A DNA stretch of 64,000 bases from the human T2T-CHM13v2.0 reference genome, Homo sapiens, in NCBI RefSeq assembly GCF_009914755.1, contig NC_060930.1, one strand, 5' to 3'. This document shows, piece by piece, positions 27,469-40,605 of the stretch (position 1 is its first letter; each line of letters begins with the position of its first letter). Under the pieces are notes generated by a model. The model was not told the DNA's origin. It was given only the letters and a program-made list of their open reading frames with translations, and ran no database searches. Both the position numbers and the translations under genes were made by a program.

Positions 27469-27827
27469 AGTTGATATCCATGAGTCTCACTTCTGGACCC
27501 CTGGGATCTGCCCCCACTCCAGGCACCACCCAACCCTCTTGTCCCGGATGTCCAGAAAGGGGTTGAAGCATGAGGGGATTCTTATGGCCATCACCTTGGG
27601 GGCACGGACCATCAGGGTGGCTCTGCCTCGCACTGCAGACATTTTTTAAATCTGAAATTTAAAACCCAAATTTTTTAATCTAAAATTTTTTACATTTTAA
27701 AACCAAGTCCTGAGATTATATGACCTTGGGTGATTATTTTGCTCAAATTAGAACCCAGGAAATTTGGAAATATTTGGTGGTTTGACGAGATAAAGAAGAA
27801 GGGGGAAAATGAACCCTGCTTATGTAT

Positions 27828-27970
27828 TGTTAAAAGGCAAACCATAGACAAGTTAAATTTAACAGACTTTGATTGAGTAAAGAATGATTTGTTAACCAGA
27901 GAGCCCCCAAACCAGAGTAGGTTCAGAGAGACTCTGGCCCTGCCACGTGGTCAAAGAAGATTTATGGACC

Positions 27971-28003
<33 letters not shown>

Positions 28004-28255
28004 GAAAGCTGATGTGTAGAAAACAGAAGTGAGGTATAGAAATAGCCAGATTGGTTACACTTTAGCATTCATCTTATTTGAATGTGGTTTGAATAGTTGG
28101 CCACGTTTGATTGGCCTAAACTCAGTGATTGGTAGAAAAGTAGGTTACAATCTGTTTACACATTCAGATAGGTTACAGTTCACTATGTGCAGAAAACTCT
28201 TTAGGCTGAATTTCAAGTATGTAAGCAGTAGCTTTAGGCTAAACTTAATTTAACA
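27828..28255 (-). mobile_element. MER57 (A/B-like) ERV1 solo LTR
   Basis: rc begins TGTTAAATTAAGTTTAGCCTAAAGCT; TG...CA termini; perfect 4-bp TSD GTAT; internal (GAAAA)n expansion at about 27971-28007. Confidence 0.92.
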
Positions 28256-29411
28256 GTATGAATGGGGAATTGCCTTCACTTTGCTGTGCCACATGTAAAT
28301 AATTGTTATTTTTTTCTCTAGCATGCACATAGTTTGCCAAGTTAGTAAATTATTAGAAAGTCTTTTCTTCTTTCTTTTAAAAAAAGAACCTGTACTTTGG
28401 GTGAGATGCCGCTGGGAAGCCAGCTCCGTTGCCTCTCTGGCATCTGTCCATGGTGCTTGAACGGCAGGCAATGATACTCTGAAAACTACAAAGACCCCCC
28501 TAAACACACCTCTGCCCATCTAGGTCGGGGGTTGGTGGTCGGCGGGGGGACTATGTTGCTGTGAGGAGAGGAAGACTTGGACTTTGACAGTTTTTCCCAC
28601 TGTTAAGTAAAACCTTAGGCAATTAGCCTTTTCAAAGGTAAAAGATTTCTTTTTATAATCTCTTGTTACACAAACACACACACACTTATAAAAGAAGAAA
28701 AAGTAATGTTGCTCAGGAAAATTGCAACAATGAGATTGACTCCTGTTGCTTTTGTCAATTGCCTTCTTTCAGAAATAGATTAGAGTGATGAGTGAGAATG
28801 CCATAAATATCCTAAGGGAGTTCCCCAAAGAAAAGAGAAAATCCTTCAGAGTTCCCCCACCTGGTTGGGAGCATCAGATGTCTTTCAGGAGCTTTGCTTC
28901 AAAAGAGAAGAAAACATTGATTGAGAGCTGACTAGGAATTGTCTTTCTTTGGGAAAAAGAAATAGTTCAGTTATTGGAGAAATAAGTAGGAAGGGGAAAA
29001 AAGTACCCATCCATCCAGTGTTGTCTCGCTGGGGCTTCCCTTTTTTTAACTGAGATTTTCAAGTGTTCTTTCTGGAATCGGGTGAGTGAGGATTCCTCAC
29101 ACAGATGCTGATTAGGATATTTCTGTCAGAAAAGAATGGATCAGAATTAGACTCAGGAACCTAAACCAACACCATTGATAATAAGATGGAACAAAAATGC
29201 TTGGACCTTTAATTTAGAAAGTGGCCTTTCATGACTCATGGTGGATATCCCATGATACATAACATGAGCAAACGCTACTTGGGAGATGAGGATGAAATGA
29301 ACTCCAATCAGATTGTCTTGGAATGTGGCAAAGGGATTATTCCCTCTGAGTTAAATGCACTTCCCTTCCTGGGGCGGGGGTGGAGAGGCCTAATCATTAC
29401 TACATAGCCCT

Positions 29412-29640
29412 GCATGCATGCATGTATTTATTCATTCATTCATCTGTCATTCATTGAAGGCCCACTGAAAGTTAGATGATGTGGTAGGAGGTAGGGATTT
29501 AAAGATGAACAACAGATGACAAGCTGAAATTCTAGTGGCAGAGTGGAAAATGGTGACATACAACCTAAGGTGGTAGGCTATGCCCCGGGTGCTGTGGAAA
29601 CTCAGAAGACAGGATTTTTCATCAAATGAGATGCTTTGAG
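29412..29640 (-). mobile_element. L2 3' fragment
   Basis: TTCATTCATTCAT...GTAGGGATTTAAAGATGAACAA. Confidence 0.55.
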
Positions 29641-30008
29641 GACTTTATTCCATGCAAGTTTTTTTTTTCCTAAATAGAATTTAGTATTTCCTTTCATCAT
29701 TGCTGGTCTCTGTGAGGACATACGTGTTTCTGTAACACTGGAAGAAGGAAAAACATCTGAAATTTGTATAGATACCTTTTCGCTTTGTGGCATGTGGTCA
29801 TATTTTATAGAATAATGGCAGGGAAGGTATGTGGGAAATGTACATATCTACAGGACTTTTCTGACCTGAAGCTAAACCTGTGCATGAGAAGGGGAGTACA
29901 TCAAAGAAGCTTCTGGAATGGAAAATGGTGGCCTTTTTCTGCTAAATGCCTCCCTGGCATGCCATGTTCCCAGGCTCCCCATCTCACTCTCTTCTCCCCT
30001 GATTCATT

Positions 30009-30463
30009 TGTAGGGGAAGAAGAAAAGTCTAGGTTCCTGGCTGAGGCCCCTATAACAAAGATAAATAAACAACAGAAAAGGATACCGTTGTATTTAGGTT
30101 TTACGTGACATGGATGCCTTCCTAAGGTAAAGGAAGACCTGAAGAAACAGGGAAACCATGTATTTTTTATGCTAGGTTTAACACAGAAGTGGATAGTTAT
30201 GAAGTATAATTGGACTAAAAAGTGTGATCTACTGATAATAAACTGGAGGAAATCCTGTTTTTTCCAATTCTTCTCTTCAAAGATAAAGATGCTTCTTTCC
30301 TCTGGATCTAGGGAGGGCACCTCTCCAATGAGGGTCTCCCAAGCTTTGCTTCAAAGAAGGTAGGGCAGGGAAGGGAGGAGATGAGAAGACCTTCCTACTT
30401 CTGCCATTTTCCCAAATTCCTTCAGCTTAAAATATTTTCGGGTATATATACTGAACCCCATCA
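30009..30463 (-). mobile_element. MER31 (A/B-like) ERV1 solo LTR
   Basis: rc begins TGATGGGGTTCAG, contains TATTTTAAGCTGAAGGAATTTG, ends CTTCCCCTACA; perfect TSD CATT. Confidence 0.88.
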
Positions 30464-31279
30464 CATTTTTATTTTCTTGTATTTAATAAGCCCCAAAAAT
30501 GTGAGGTTTTATTTGACCAGGATATCTGGTTTCTGTTTCCTTTAATCCTGGGAAGCCTTCTTGGGCCTTACGAGTTGTGCCAGTTCTCATGAGTTGAGCG
30601 CATACGGCTGGTGTCCCTCCTGGTGACCTTCGCAGCCATCTGGGCTGGGGCCTGTGTCTGTCCGGCTCAGCCCAGCGGGGCAGGGCCTCTGCCGTGAGTT
30701 TGCAGATGCCTCATTCGGACTCCGAGTCTGTGACTCACGCCATCTGTTGGTAATTTGTCGTTGTTCTGGAGTCAGGAGTTTTCAAAGGATTCAGTCTTTG
30801 GTGTCCCTTCACAGGTGCACTGCCTGTGATTTTCTGACACCCTCTTGCCATCCGGCCTATGGCCAGAGCCCAGCACTGAGTCAAGCTACTGTGGATATAA
30901 TGATGTTGTTCTTTGCACTTTAGAGAGCTTCACACCAAGTTCCTGCCCCCTTCTGAGCGAGTCACACTCTTTATGGGACTTGTTTGAAGTCCAGCCAAGC
31001 TGGCAACCGTGGGGTTCCACTTTTACAACCTCTAGCAACAGTAGGCTCCAGTCCTTTGTGTCACCGTGCCATCTGCTTAGCTTTTTTCCTCTTCAAACTG
31101 TAAGCAAAATGAGCTACCTAAACCAAAAAACGCCACCCCCCAACTAAAACACATTTGCATCAAGTCAACCTAAATGACACTGCTTTGTTTGCTCTAAACC
31201 ACATGTATAAAAGAATTTCCATACTTCCTTAAGAAATTTTTTTCACCAAAAAAATAGACAACCATAGTAGCAATTATAT

Positions 31280-31520
31280 TTTTTCTACACACCAGGCACT
31301 GTGCTACATGTTTTATGTTCATGATTCCATTTTATTCTCACAGAAACCCAGTGAAGGAGGTATTATCACTATCTTGGTTTTTTTGCATGTAAGGAAATTG
31401 GGGCTCAGACAAGTTAAATAACTTACAATGAGTATGCTACCGGTAAGCAAGGCATCTAAATCTAAACCCCACTGCCTGGCTCTACAGCACAAGAGTTTAA
31501 CTGTTTTGTATACTGCACCC
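31280..31520 (-). mobile_element. MIR SINE
   Basis: CCAGGCACTGTGCTA...AGGTATTATCACTATC...AGGAAATTGGGGCTCAGACAAGTTAAATAACTT. Confidence 0.75.
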
Positions 31521-31619
31521 ACTCCTTGATATTAATAATCTAATGCATTGAAGTTCAATGCCTTTAATTAATTTTTCAGTCCTTAAACATAGTGTCACAC
31601 ATCCATTAGCAATCCCCAT

Positions 31620-31880
31620 CTATCTATCCAACAGATATTTTTGAGCATCTACTGTGTGCCATGTACCATGCTGGACCCTTGTCTCTTGAAGCTTATAATG
31701 TAGTTGAGGCTACAATTTATTCTATAATGTCTCATGAAGAAGTCTTGTCTCATGAAGCTTATAATGTAGTTGAGGCTACAATTTATTCATTTAATAAACC
31801 TTTATAAGGAACATACGGTATGCAGGCATTATGCTAGGGACTGGGGCTATGAAGTCAAGAAAGATACCATCTCTCTCAAC
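31620..31880 (-). mobile_element. L2 3' fragments
   Basis: ATCCAACAGATATTTTTGAGCATCTACTGTGTGCCA; TATGCAGGCATTATGCTAGGGACTGGGG. Confidence 0.6.
31678..31788 (+). repeat. 45-bp direct duplication with 21-nt templated spacer
   Basis: 31678-31722 and 31744-31788 are identical at 44/45 positions. Confidence 0.92.
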
Positions 31881-32167
31881 TAATATATGATAAACTCACG
31901 ATTAAACTTGAAATCAGAAAAGCAGGATATTTAGTATGTATTACCAATATTTAGTATGCATGTCCTGGCCAAATCATTGAACTTCTCTCTCCCCTAGTTT
32001 CTTCACCTATTCAGTAGATAACATGTAAGGTTACCACCAACTTTGGAAAAACAATTTCTACTCTAACCGAACCTAGCTTTGAAGTAACTTTTCTATTAGA
32101 AATGTAGGAGAAGAGAAAAGAGCTGAGTCTGGGTTCATGAGAGAAGCAGGAAAAAGAAATTATGAAG

Positions 32168-33043
<876 letters not shown>

Positions 33044-33379
33044 GAGTTGGTTGGAAGCAGACACGCTAGCAATGGCCATTTGGCCCTAGAAAAGCTGGAA
33101 TGTTTGAAGGAACTGTAATGAGTGGGAATGCCTAACAAGTAAATGCTAGAAAAGATAGATCCTGGAGCAAAACCTTTATTATCTAAAAAGATTTTGTCCC
33201 TAAAAGGGAAAAGTAGGGGATAAGATTGCCACTAAGAGACTCCTATAAAATCTGTATGACTAGCTTGTATTTGAAATGGAAGAGAACCAGTTACAACTTC
33301 CCTTTCATCTTGAATCCAGACACTGTAGACATAATTACCAGGATAGATTGACACTGGGGCAGCCTAAAAGAACCTCAGT

Positions 33380-33665
33380 CATCCAAAAGTCTTTATTGAA
33401 CTGGCCACCATGAAACAAAGATGACTAAGACACAGTCCACTCATGGCAGAATTTTTAGGTATTGATGAATTTCCAGCTGTAATTGCAGCATAATACGTGC
33501 TTTGCCAAGGGTGTGCACAGAGTACAGTTGGAGCACTGGGGAGAGACTGGCAACACTGCTTGGAGTGGGGCAGGTGGTGATGAGGGGAGGATGTATAGCG
33601 GAAATGACATTTGGTGTGGCCCCTGAAGGAATAAAAGAGGCATTCAGAATTGAAATGTAAGAAAA
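33380..33665 (-). mobile_element. L2 fragment
   Basis: GGAAATGACATTTGGTGTGGCCCCTGAAGGA. Confidence 0.5.
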
Positions 33666-34454
33666 GGGCAATCAAGTCCAGTGGAATCTCGTAACAGAAG
33701 TGAAAGTCCTCTGAATATTTCTGAGCAGATATTAATGGGAAAACCTTCACGACCCACAGAACCCATGCTAACACTGCCACTCAGAAATCTTGTGCTCACT
33801 TCCTTTGTTGGGTGAGACTGTGGCTGTGGCTTCAGAACGAGGAGATGGTGGATGCTTGTATCTGGCTGCTTGTTGATGAGCTGAGGCGCCACCACTGGCT
33901 GGAACAGCAGCCCCTGAAGAATGTAGGAAGGACCATGTGTTCTATCTCCCACCTCTTTCACCACACGATCTTGTTTCCCTCTCATCTTCCTGCTTCCACA
34001 TCCATGTTTATAAGTCTACCTTACTCAGTAAACTTCTCCCCCTTCACATTAAGACATGTGTTATTGCATCTTGGTCTTTCCTGTGCCGTATCACAAGACC
34101 TGACCCATGGCCCGTGTTCAAAATGTGGATTTTGGACAATTGGATGATCAAATAAATGAAGTGAGAAGTTGGGCAGAGGGTGGCCTATGTGTTGGCCACA
34201 TGGACAATTAGAACTCATCTCATATTCTCCTGGCTTCATTATATTAACCGTATCTGGCTCAGGATGTTTACCTGACTGGAACTTGTGAAATGTGGCAACA
34301 GGCAGAAAAGCAGAGGCCAAATAGCTCCCTGTAATTAGATGTATTTAACACTAGAGGTTCCAGGTAGAATTTCACTATTACCTAAAGCCCATCTAAAATG
34401 GACAAAGAGAATAAATGAACCAAGAGCAAACATTTATTGAAACCAATTATGAAA

Positions 34455-34720
34455 GAGAGTATGACATAGGCGATGAAGGAACAGACTCTTCAGCCAGACC
34501 TCCTGGGTTTAAATCTCAGCTGCATTGCTTCCTGGCTGTTTTACTTTGGGCAAGTCACTTAACCCCTCTATGCCTCAGTTTCCTCATCTACAGAATAGGA
34601 ATGAAAATAGTGAATGCCTCTAAGGATTGTTGTAAGGGTGAAATGAGTATAGGTGGTGTAGTTTCATATTACAATAGGCCCTGGCGAATACAGAATACTG
34701 TACAAGTGCTGACTACTTGA
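34455..34720 (+). mobile_element. MIR SINE, near full length
   Basis: CCTGGGTTTAAATCTCAGCT...TTGGGCAAGTCACTTAACCCCTCTATGCCTCAGTTTCCTCATCT. Confidence 0.88.
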
Positions 34721-35949
34721 GTTTCAGAACAACCCTAGAAATTAAGTATAACTTTTATATGTTACATATGATGAAAGTTTAGCTTGGAGAAGTTACATGT
34801 GGCAAGTCTATTGATCTTAACATGGCAAGATAATAGCTGGGATTTTCTATAAGGATTTTCTCAATTTCTACATAAAACATATAAACCACAGCCACCCTGT
34901 TCTGCCTAGGATAATGAAGTTATGACATCATAGACCGAGCACATCATCCAATCTTTGCTCCTTCCCTCTGGACCAATGGCTAGTGGAATTTTCCCAACAA
35001 TTAAAGCTATCACTGGTAAGGGAGCATTTGTTTGGGTTTGGGGTTTTTGATTTTTAAAAAATTTCCAATCTGTCATGAACCAAAATCTGTACCAAATATA
35101 ATAAAAAATTACTAGAAAAATAAATTTTTTAAAAAACCAGACAATATTCAGGGCCAACATTTTTTATTGGATTCAATGGGAAAGTGGCTTTAAAAATCCT
35201 TCAAGTGCTTACTCTCAATTCCCGTACTTATCTTTCTGTGAATTTATACCAATGGCCGGCCACCAGTCTGCAGACCATACTCTATGAGTATCTGACTTAA
35301 AGGACTTCCATGAAGAGTTAGTTACTCCTCAGATGGAAATGATACACATTCCCGTTTGCTCTTAGCTTGTGGAGAAGTTCTCAGATTTCTATAGATTTTC
35401 CTTTACAAACATTGACCTGATGTTTGTGAGGCTACCTGGAGAATCTCTATCCATCAGCAGAGGGTATTAGAAAAGTGGTCTGAAAAAAAAAAATCAACAA
35501 CAACAAATAAAACCATAAAACACAGCCTTTACAGTTAATCCTGTGCTGGGCTCAAGGTAAATGTTAGTCACTTTTAACAAAGGCTCAAGACAGCCCTGGA
35601 AGTCCTTGACAAGGAAAGAAACAAGCCCTGGGAGTCCTTGAGAAACGCTGTTTCAGCGAACAACTATTCCAAACCCCTATGTGAAAACCCTGACCCTGGT
35701 GAGCAAGACTGAACCATTTTAGACTTGCGTGGAGCCCTTTTGCCCCTTGGCCTGTATCCCTGACTCAAACCAGACTTTCCTGACAACTTTTCCCTCAGGT
35801 CCAAACTCAGACTTGGCTGTCATCATCTTGCCACTTCTGGGATGAAGCATTAAGAGACAGAAAGAAAGTAGCTAGGGAAAGAGTTCATTTCCATGCCGCT
35901 CTACTGTTAAACTTCCTATCAAAAGCTTCACTTTGTACTTCATTTTATT

Positions 35950-36452
35950 TAACAAATACTTCCACTGTGCTCACTGTGTGTCAGGCACTGTTCTAAGGAA
36001 TTTGCAAACATCAACTCATTATAATACTCAGGAAAACCCTGTGGGTGGGTTCTGTTTTTCTCCCTATTTTATAGGTGAGGGAACTGAAGCACAGAGCATT
36101 TAAGCAATGCAAGTCGAGCATCCCTAATCTGAAAACCTAAAATCTGAAATGCTCGCTCCCAAACCCAAAACTTTTTGAGAACTGATAAGACACCCCAAGT
36201 GGAAAACTTCACATGGAGATACCTAACACAAACTTTGTTTTATGCACAAAATTGTTTAAAATATCATGTAAAGTTACCTTCAGGCTGTGTGTATAAGGCA
36301 TATGTAAAAAATAAATGAATTTCATGTTTAGATTTGGGTCCCATCGCCAAGATATTAGGTGTATGTAAATATTCCAAAATTCAAACTGCTTATGGTCCCA
36401 AGCATTTTGGATAAGGGATACTCAACCTGTGTATCCCTAAGTCACACAGCTG
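35950..36452 (-). mobile_element. MIR, interrupted by Tigger4b
   Basis: CTGTGTGTCAGGCACTGTTCTAAG...GGAACTGAAGCACAGAG [insert] CCTAAGTCACACAGCT. Confidence 0.8.
36110..36429. mobile_element. Tigger4b (MER46/Zombi-type TcMar MITE)
   Basis: TIRs CAAGTCGAGCATCCCT / AGGGATACTCAACCTG; internal TTACCTTCAGGCTGTGTGTATAAGG and TGGTCCCAAGCATTTTGGAT. Confidence 0.88.
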
Positions 36453-36749
36453 TGTTTTGATCTCTGTCGACACGTCTCCCCCTCCAGGATAAAGAGGAAA
36501 AGCAGTAGGGAGAAGGGCTTAGAATGAGCACGAGCAATAGCAATGTAAGGAGAAGTTATCCTCAGGCCAGGAGAAGCAAGAACGCAGCCAAATTTCAGAA
36601 ACAACAAGGGATTCTAGTCACTGGCAAGAGAAAACAAACTGAAGACTGAGTGGCAGGGTTGCTGTGTAATATGAGGAAAATAGAACCCAAGCCACTATAT
36701 TTCATGACCAAGCTCAAATTAGCGGACGTGATAACCCTTCTATAATAAC

Positions 36750-37000
36750 AACCATAATAATAAAATAGCTATGCTTTTTGAAACTCTACTGTATGGCAGT
36801 TTTTATATGTAACTTTGTTTAATCCCCACAACTATATGGGGAAGGGGGCATTATCCCCATTTTTCAGATGAAAAAGTTAATCAAAGTACAAAGAGGTAAA
36901 ATCACATGACCATAATCTCACAGCTAGTTATTGGCAGAGCCAGTATCGACATCCATTTCTGTCTAACTCTAAACCATGGGTTGTTTTGATGCAGCCACGT
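36750..37000 (-). mobile_element. MIR SINE
   Basis: TTTAATCCCCACAAC...ATTATCCCCATTTTTCAGATGAAAAA...CACAGCTAGTTATTGGCAGAGCCAG. Confidence 0.8.
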
Positions 37001-37056
37001 TGTTAGAGTTAGTGACCCAGTGCCATTATAGGGGTGCTTAGGAGAATCCTAAATCC

Positions 37057-37070
37057 ATATGCTGAGTCAC
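37057..37070 (-). promoter_or_regulatory. ARE / NF-E2 (CNC-sMAF) motif
   Basis: ATATGCTGAGTCAC, rc GTGACTCAGCATAT; motif only. Confidence 0.35.
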
Positions 37071-38399
37071 CACATGCCCAAGAAGTCTCAGAAAGATGGC
37101 ACCTACAGATAAACCTAAATTAGTTTTTTTAAGCTTGGAAAATCCAAGAAAGATAAACTTAGCACCCATTAGCCTGACACAAAACACTTCCATTTTTTAC
37201 AAATAGTAATGTTTCATGCATCTCTGCAGGAAGTGCATGCGACATCATGGCTGCGGATATGCCCCCATGGAGAGCCCTTGCTGGTCCTGGGGTATTTGTC
37301 TCTCTTATCCCAGGTTGCGTGTGGTTGTAGAAGGTGAAGTGCTGTTACTGAGACTAGCGCCTATCTGATGGCCTATATGAATGACCCACTAGAGTTATTG
37401 GGTTCTGCCAACATTATTTCCATCCTAGATCTACAAAATGTTTGTGGGCAGATAGAGCTGGTTCCTGAGATCAGGCTAGACGGTGTTTTTCATACTCCAC
37501 AAGGCTTATATAAATTCACTATCTTCCTTTTAGAAAAAAATCCTTGGTCCAACTTCTTTTCAGTACTTGATAAATAATCAGTTGATGATGTGGGAACATT
37601 TGCAGCTGGGTATGTAGGTGCTAAAGCCTTATTACATGCAGAGTTGGAATTATAATAAGACATTCACCACTTATCTAAAACAATTCAAGAGGACAATAAA
37701 AGATAAATAATTCTAGAATGCATCATCAGGAGTGATATTCTTTCTATGCCAAATGAGATTATGAAAATAACACTAATAGAAGTTTCAAAAAAAGGAAGCC
37801 TGTACATTCTTGGAATTAGCAAGGTGCTTCCCATAATTATACACTTGCTTGGAACCCTAGCCTTTTATTTTTTTCATTGAATAGCCTCCCAGTTAAAAAT
37901 AACCCAATAAAGTATCATAGACTACAAAATGCCCGGAATCTTTTTACCAGGTGACATCTCATCTTTCAAGATATCTGATCTTAAGTCACCCCAAATTAAC
38001 TTGTACATTTTATTTGGCAGTAGACAGTGGTAACATAGGTATTGTTAAAGTATTGATATAGGACAGTGGAGGAAGGAGACTTTCGATGAATTGATCAAGA
38101 AGAAAAAGAACTCTGTGTTGCCACCTGGTTATGGTTCAGAAGTATTGCCCTGAACTGCCATACTACCACTGAGGGTGAAATAGGAAAACATATCCCAACA
38201 TTATCAAGCACACACCTCTATGGGAAGACTGCATATGTGGCACTCATACCTCATCTCCCCTCCTGCTGCCAATACAGACATAGCTAATCCATCACAACAC
38301 TCTTTCCTGCCAGGCCTAGATTTGCCATCAAAATCCTTCTCACCTCAGTGCTTCAGGCAGGTCCTTTCAAGCCATGACAGCTGGGTCATGAGTTGAAAC

Positions 38400-38820
38400 C
38401 TGTTTACTTTCTATGATCAGCACTAGTAACGCAAAGATGAGTACACATGACATCTGCCCTCAAATAGCTGGCAGATTATTGAGGGAATCATACCCAGCAG
38501 CAGTTATAATATTGTGAGATAAAATGATAGAATGTATATGTTAAATGGTACTGGAAGACAGAAGGAGGAATAACTATTCCTGAAGGAGGTAAGGAGTGTT
38601 TCCCGGAGGAAATGAACACAGACGAGATTGGCAGGATGTGGGAGTTCCCTTATCAATCAAGGTAGACAAGGGGTGGAGGTAAATGGCATGGACTTTGCAG
38701 GTGCTTCCCCAGCCTAGGGGCTGAGTGGAGGAATAGCAAGAGGTTGGGGGGCAGCCTCAGGTCAAGACCTTGACCTCTTTGATTGCTAGGTAAGATGTTA
38801 AGGGTTTTTCTTGCAGAAAA
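38400..38820 (-). mobile_element. L2 fragment
   Basis: CTGCCCTCAAATAGCT...GGTACTGGAAGACAGAAGGAGGAA...TTTCCCGGAGGAAATGA. Confidence 0.5.
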
Positions 38821-39286
38821 AATCCCAGTCTAAGGTATGTAAACCCCTTGGGGGCCATGAGATTATTCCAAGGGCTGCATGAATTCACAGCACACTGAGT
38901 AGGCTCTGATAACGTACTAAATGGATCACATGGGTATGGGCTTTAATAATGTCACTGCTGAGAATGCACTATATACTTGTAGCAGATGATATAGCAAAGA
39001 GAAGGCTTTCACCTTCAATGGTTTGCTCTGAAGTTTCATAAACAAAACACTGTGAGCATCAAGGTATAGTCTGGAGAGCTGATTTAACTGCAAAGAGGTG
39101 CTGTCTGTGCAGGCTCTTTAGAGAAATCTTGGGATCTCAGTGTCTTATCAGGTGTTTTGTGATATGTTACAATATCAAGTTAATTCCTCTTTTTTTGAAA
39201 AATGTATAAATTCAGCTTGGGGTTCACAAGCTCCAAGCTATGTTACCACTAAAGCCTTTCTCACAACCCAAAGCACTTGAACTTAC

Positions 39287-39371
39287 CTTCACTCTCTGAG
39301 AGGTCATTATATTTAAATAGCTACTCTAAGAAGGAAATATGCTCAGTCCTTCATTTGAACAACAGTTTAAC
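39287..39371 (-). other. candidate 85-nt non-coding exon
   Basis: Acceptor TTTGTTTTGTTTTTCTACTTTGAAG|G and consensus donor GAAG|GTAAGT; stops in all three frames. Confidence 0.35.
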
Positions 39372-40303
39372 CTTCAAAGTAGAAAAACAAAACAAATCTG
39401 TAATATCCCTGTCACTAAATCAGCATCATTAAGGATCAGCAGCCATTGTCTCTTTTAGTTGGAGAACGGTGGGTCACCCATCTCGAAGCCCAGTTAATGA
39501 ACAAGGGTTTATTCAGTAAAACATTGAACATTACCCAAGTTAATATTATAATAATCTCTTATATTAGTAGAGTATAGTTGGCAAAACACTTTCTCTCACA
39601 TACATTATATCATTTGATGCTTACAATAACCATTCAAGGTAGATGGAAGGTATTATTCAGTTTATTTCAGTGGAAAGTCCTACCACTATCCAAAGTCTGA
39701 ATTTCTTTTTTAACAAATACAGAAGTATACAAAAAGAAAAAGCAACACAGCTTCCAGAGAAGATTTTGAGTGTGTAGAGTTTCATGGTGATTTGATTTTT
39801 TCCCCTGAGGCTCTGCACTAAATTTACTGCTTCTTTCATTTTATTGATACCATAATGGAATTTGATACACTCTAATTCAGAAACTGAAATGTTTATTCAT
39901 TTCATATGTCAGTACAAAAATCCAATCAAGAATAAATATTGCCCCTCCCAAAGCTACAGTCATACAGAATGATAATTGCTTTGAAAAGAAATAAACAAGT
40001 TTGGGATGAGGGTGCTGAAGCAGTCCCAAAAGTGGGGCTCTTCATCCAGCTTTTTCCTACAGAATCATTTCAGTGTTTCTATCCTGTAAGGAAAAACACT
40101 GGAAACTTGATGTTTTTTGCTCTCATTTATTGAACACTTTCCTTGGGAGCCTGCAAACATCATCTGTAATCCTTACAGCAACGCATAGTTGGTGAATTCC
40201 TTCAGCAGAGGTATTTTATGAGGCGGTATAGCTTATCAGCTAAAAGCAGAGGCTTTCAAGACATATGGGTGTGTGTTCAGGTCACAAAGATCGGGGTTTA
40301 GGG

Positions 40304-40507
40304 CACGGTTGTCCCATCTTTTGGCTTCCCTGGGCCACATTGGAAGAAGAATTGTCTTGGGCCGCACATAAAATACACTAACACTAACAATAGCTGTTGA
40401 GCTTAAAAAAAAGTTGCAAAACAAATCTCCTCACGTTTTAAGAAAGTTTAGAAATTCGCTTTGGGTCACATTCAAAGCCATCCTGGGCTGCAGGTGGGAC
40501 AAGCTTG
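40304..40507 (+). mobile_element. MER30
   Basis: TCTTTTGGCTTCCCTGGGCCACATTGGAAGAAG...GGACAAGCTTG; perfect TSD GTTTAGGG. Confidence 0.93.
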
Positions 40508-40605
40508 GTTTAGGGCCTCACTTCTGCTCCTAATTGACTCAACTTAGGTAAACTACCGAAGCCCTCTAAGTTTCATTCAGTTTCCTCTTACAGTTAATTA
40601 GGAAT

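Noticed and set aside
27036-27533. 165-aa minus-strand ORF
   Set aside because: Non-ATG start, no domain I recognise and no supporting gene structure.
31678-31788. Repeat-spacer-repeat resembling a mini CRISPR array
   Set aside because: Eukaryotic context, only two units, spacer derived from the unit itself and no cas genes; it is a local duplication.
33644-34147. Overlapping 113-aa (-) and 111-aa (+) ORFs in a GC-richer patch
   Set aside because: No recognisable protein family and no convincing splice sites; lengths are compatible with chance.
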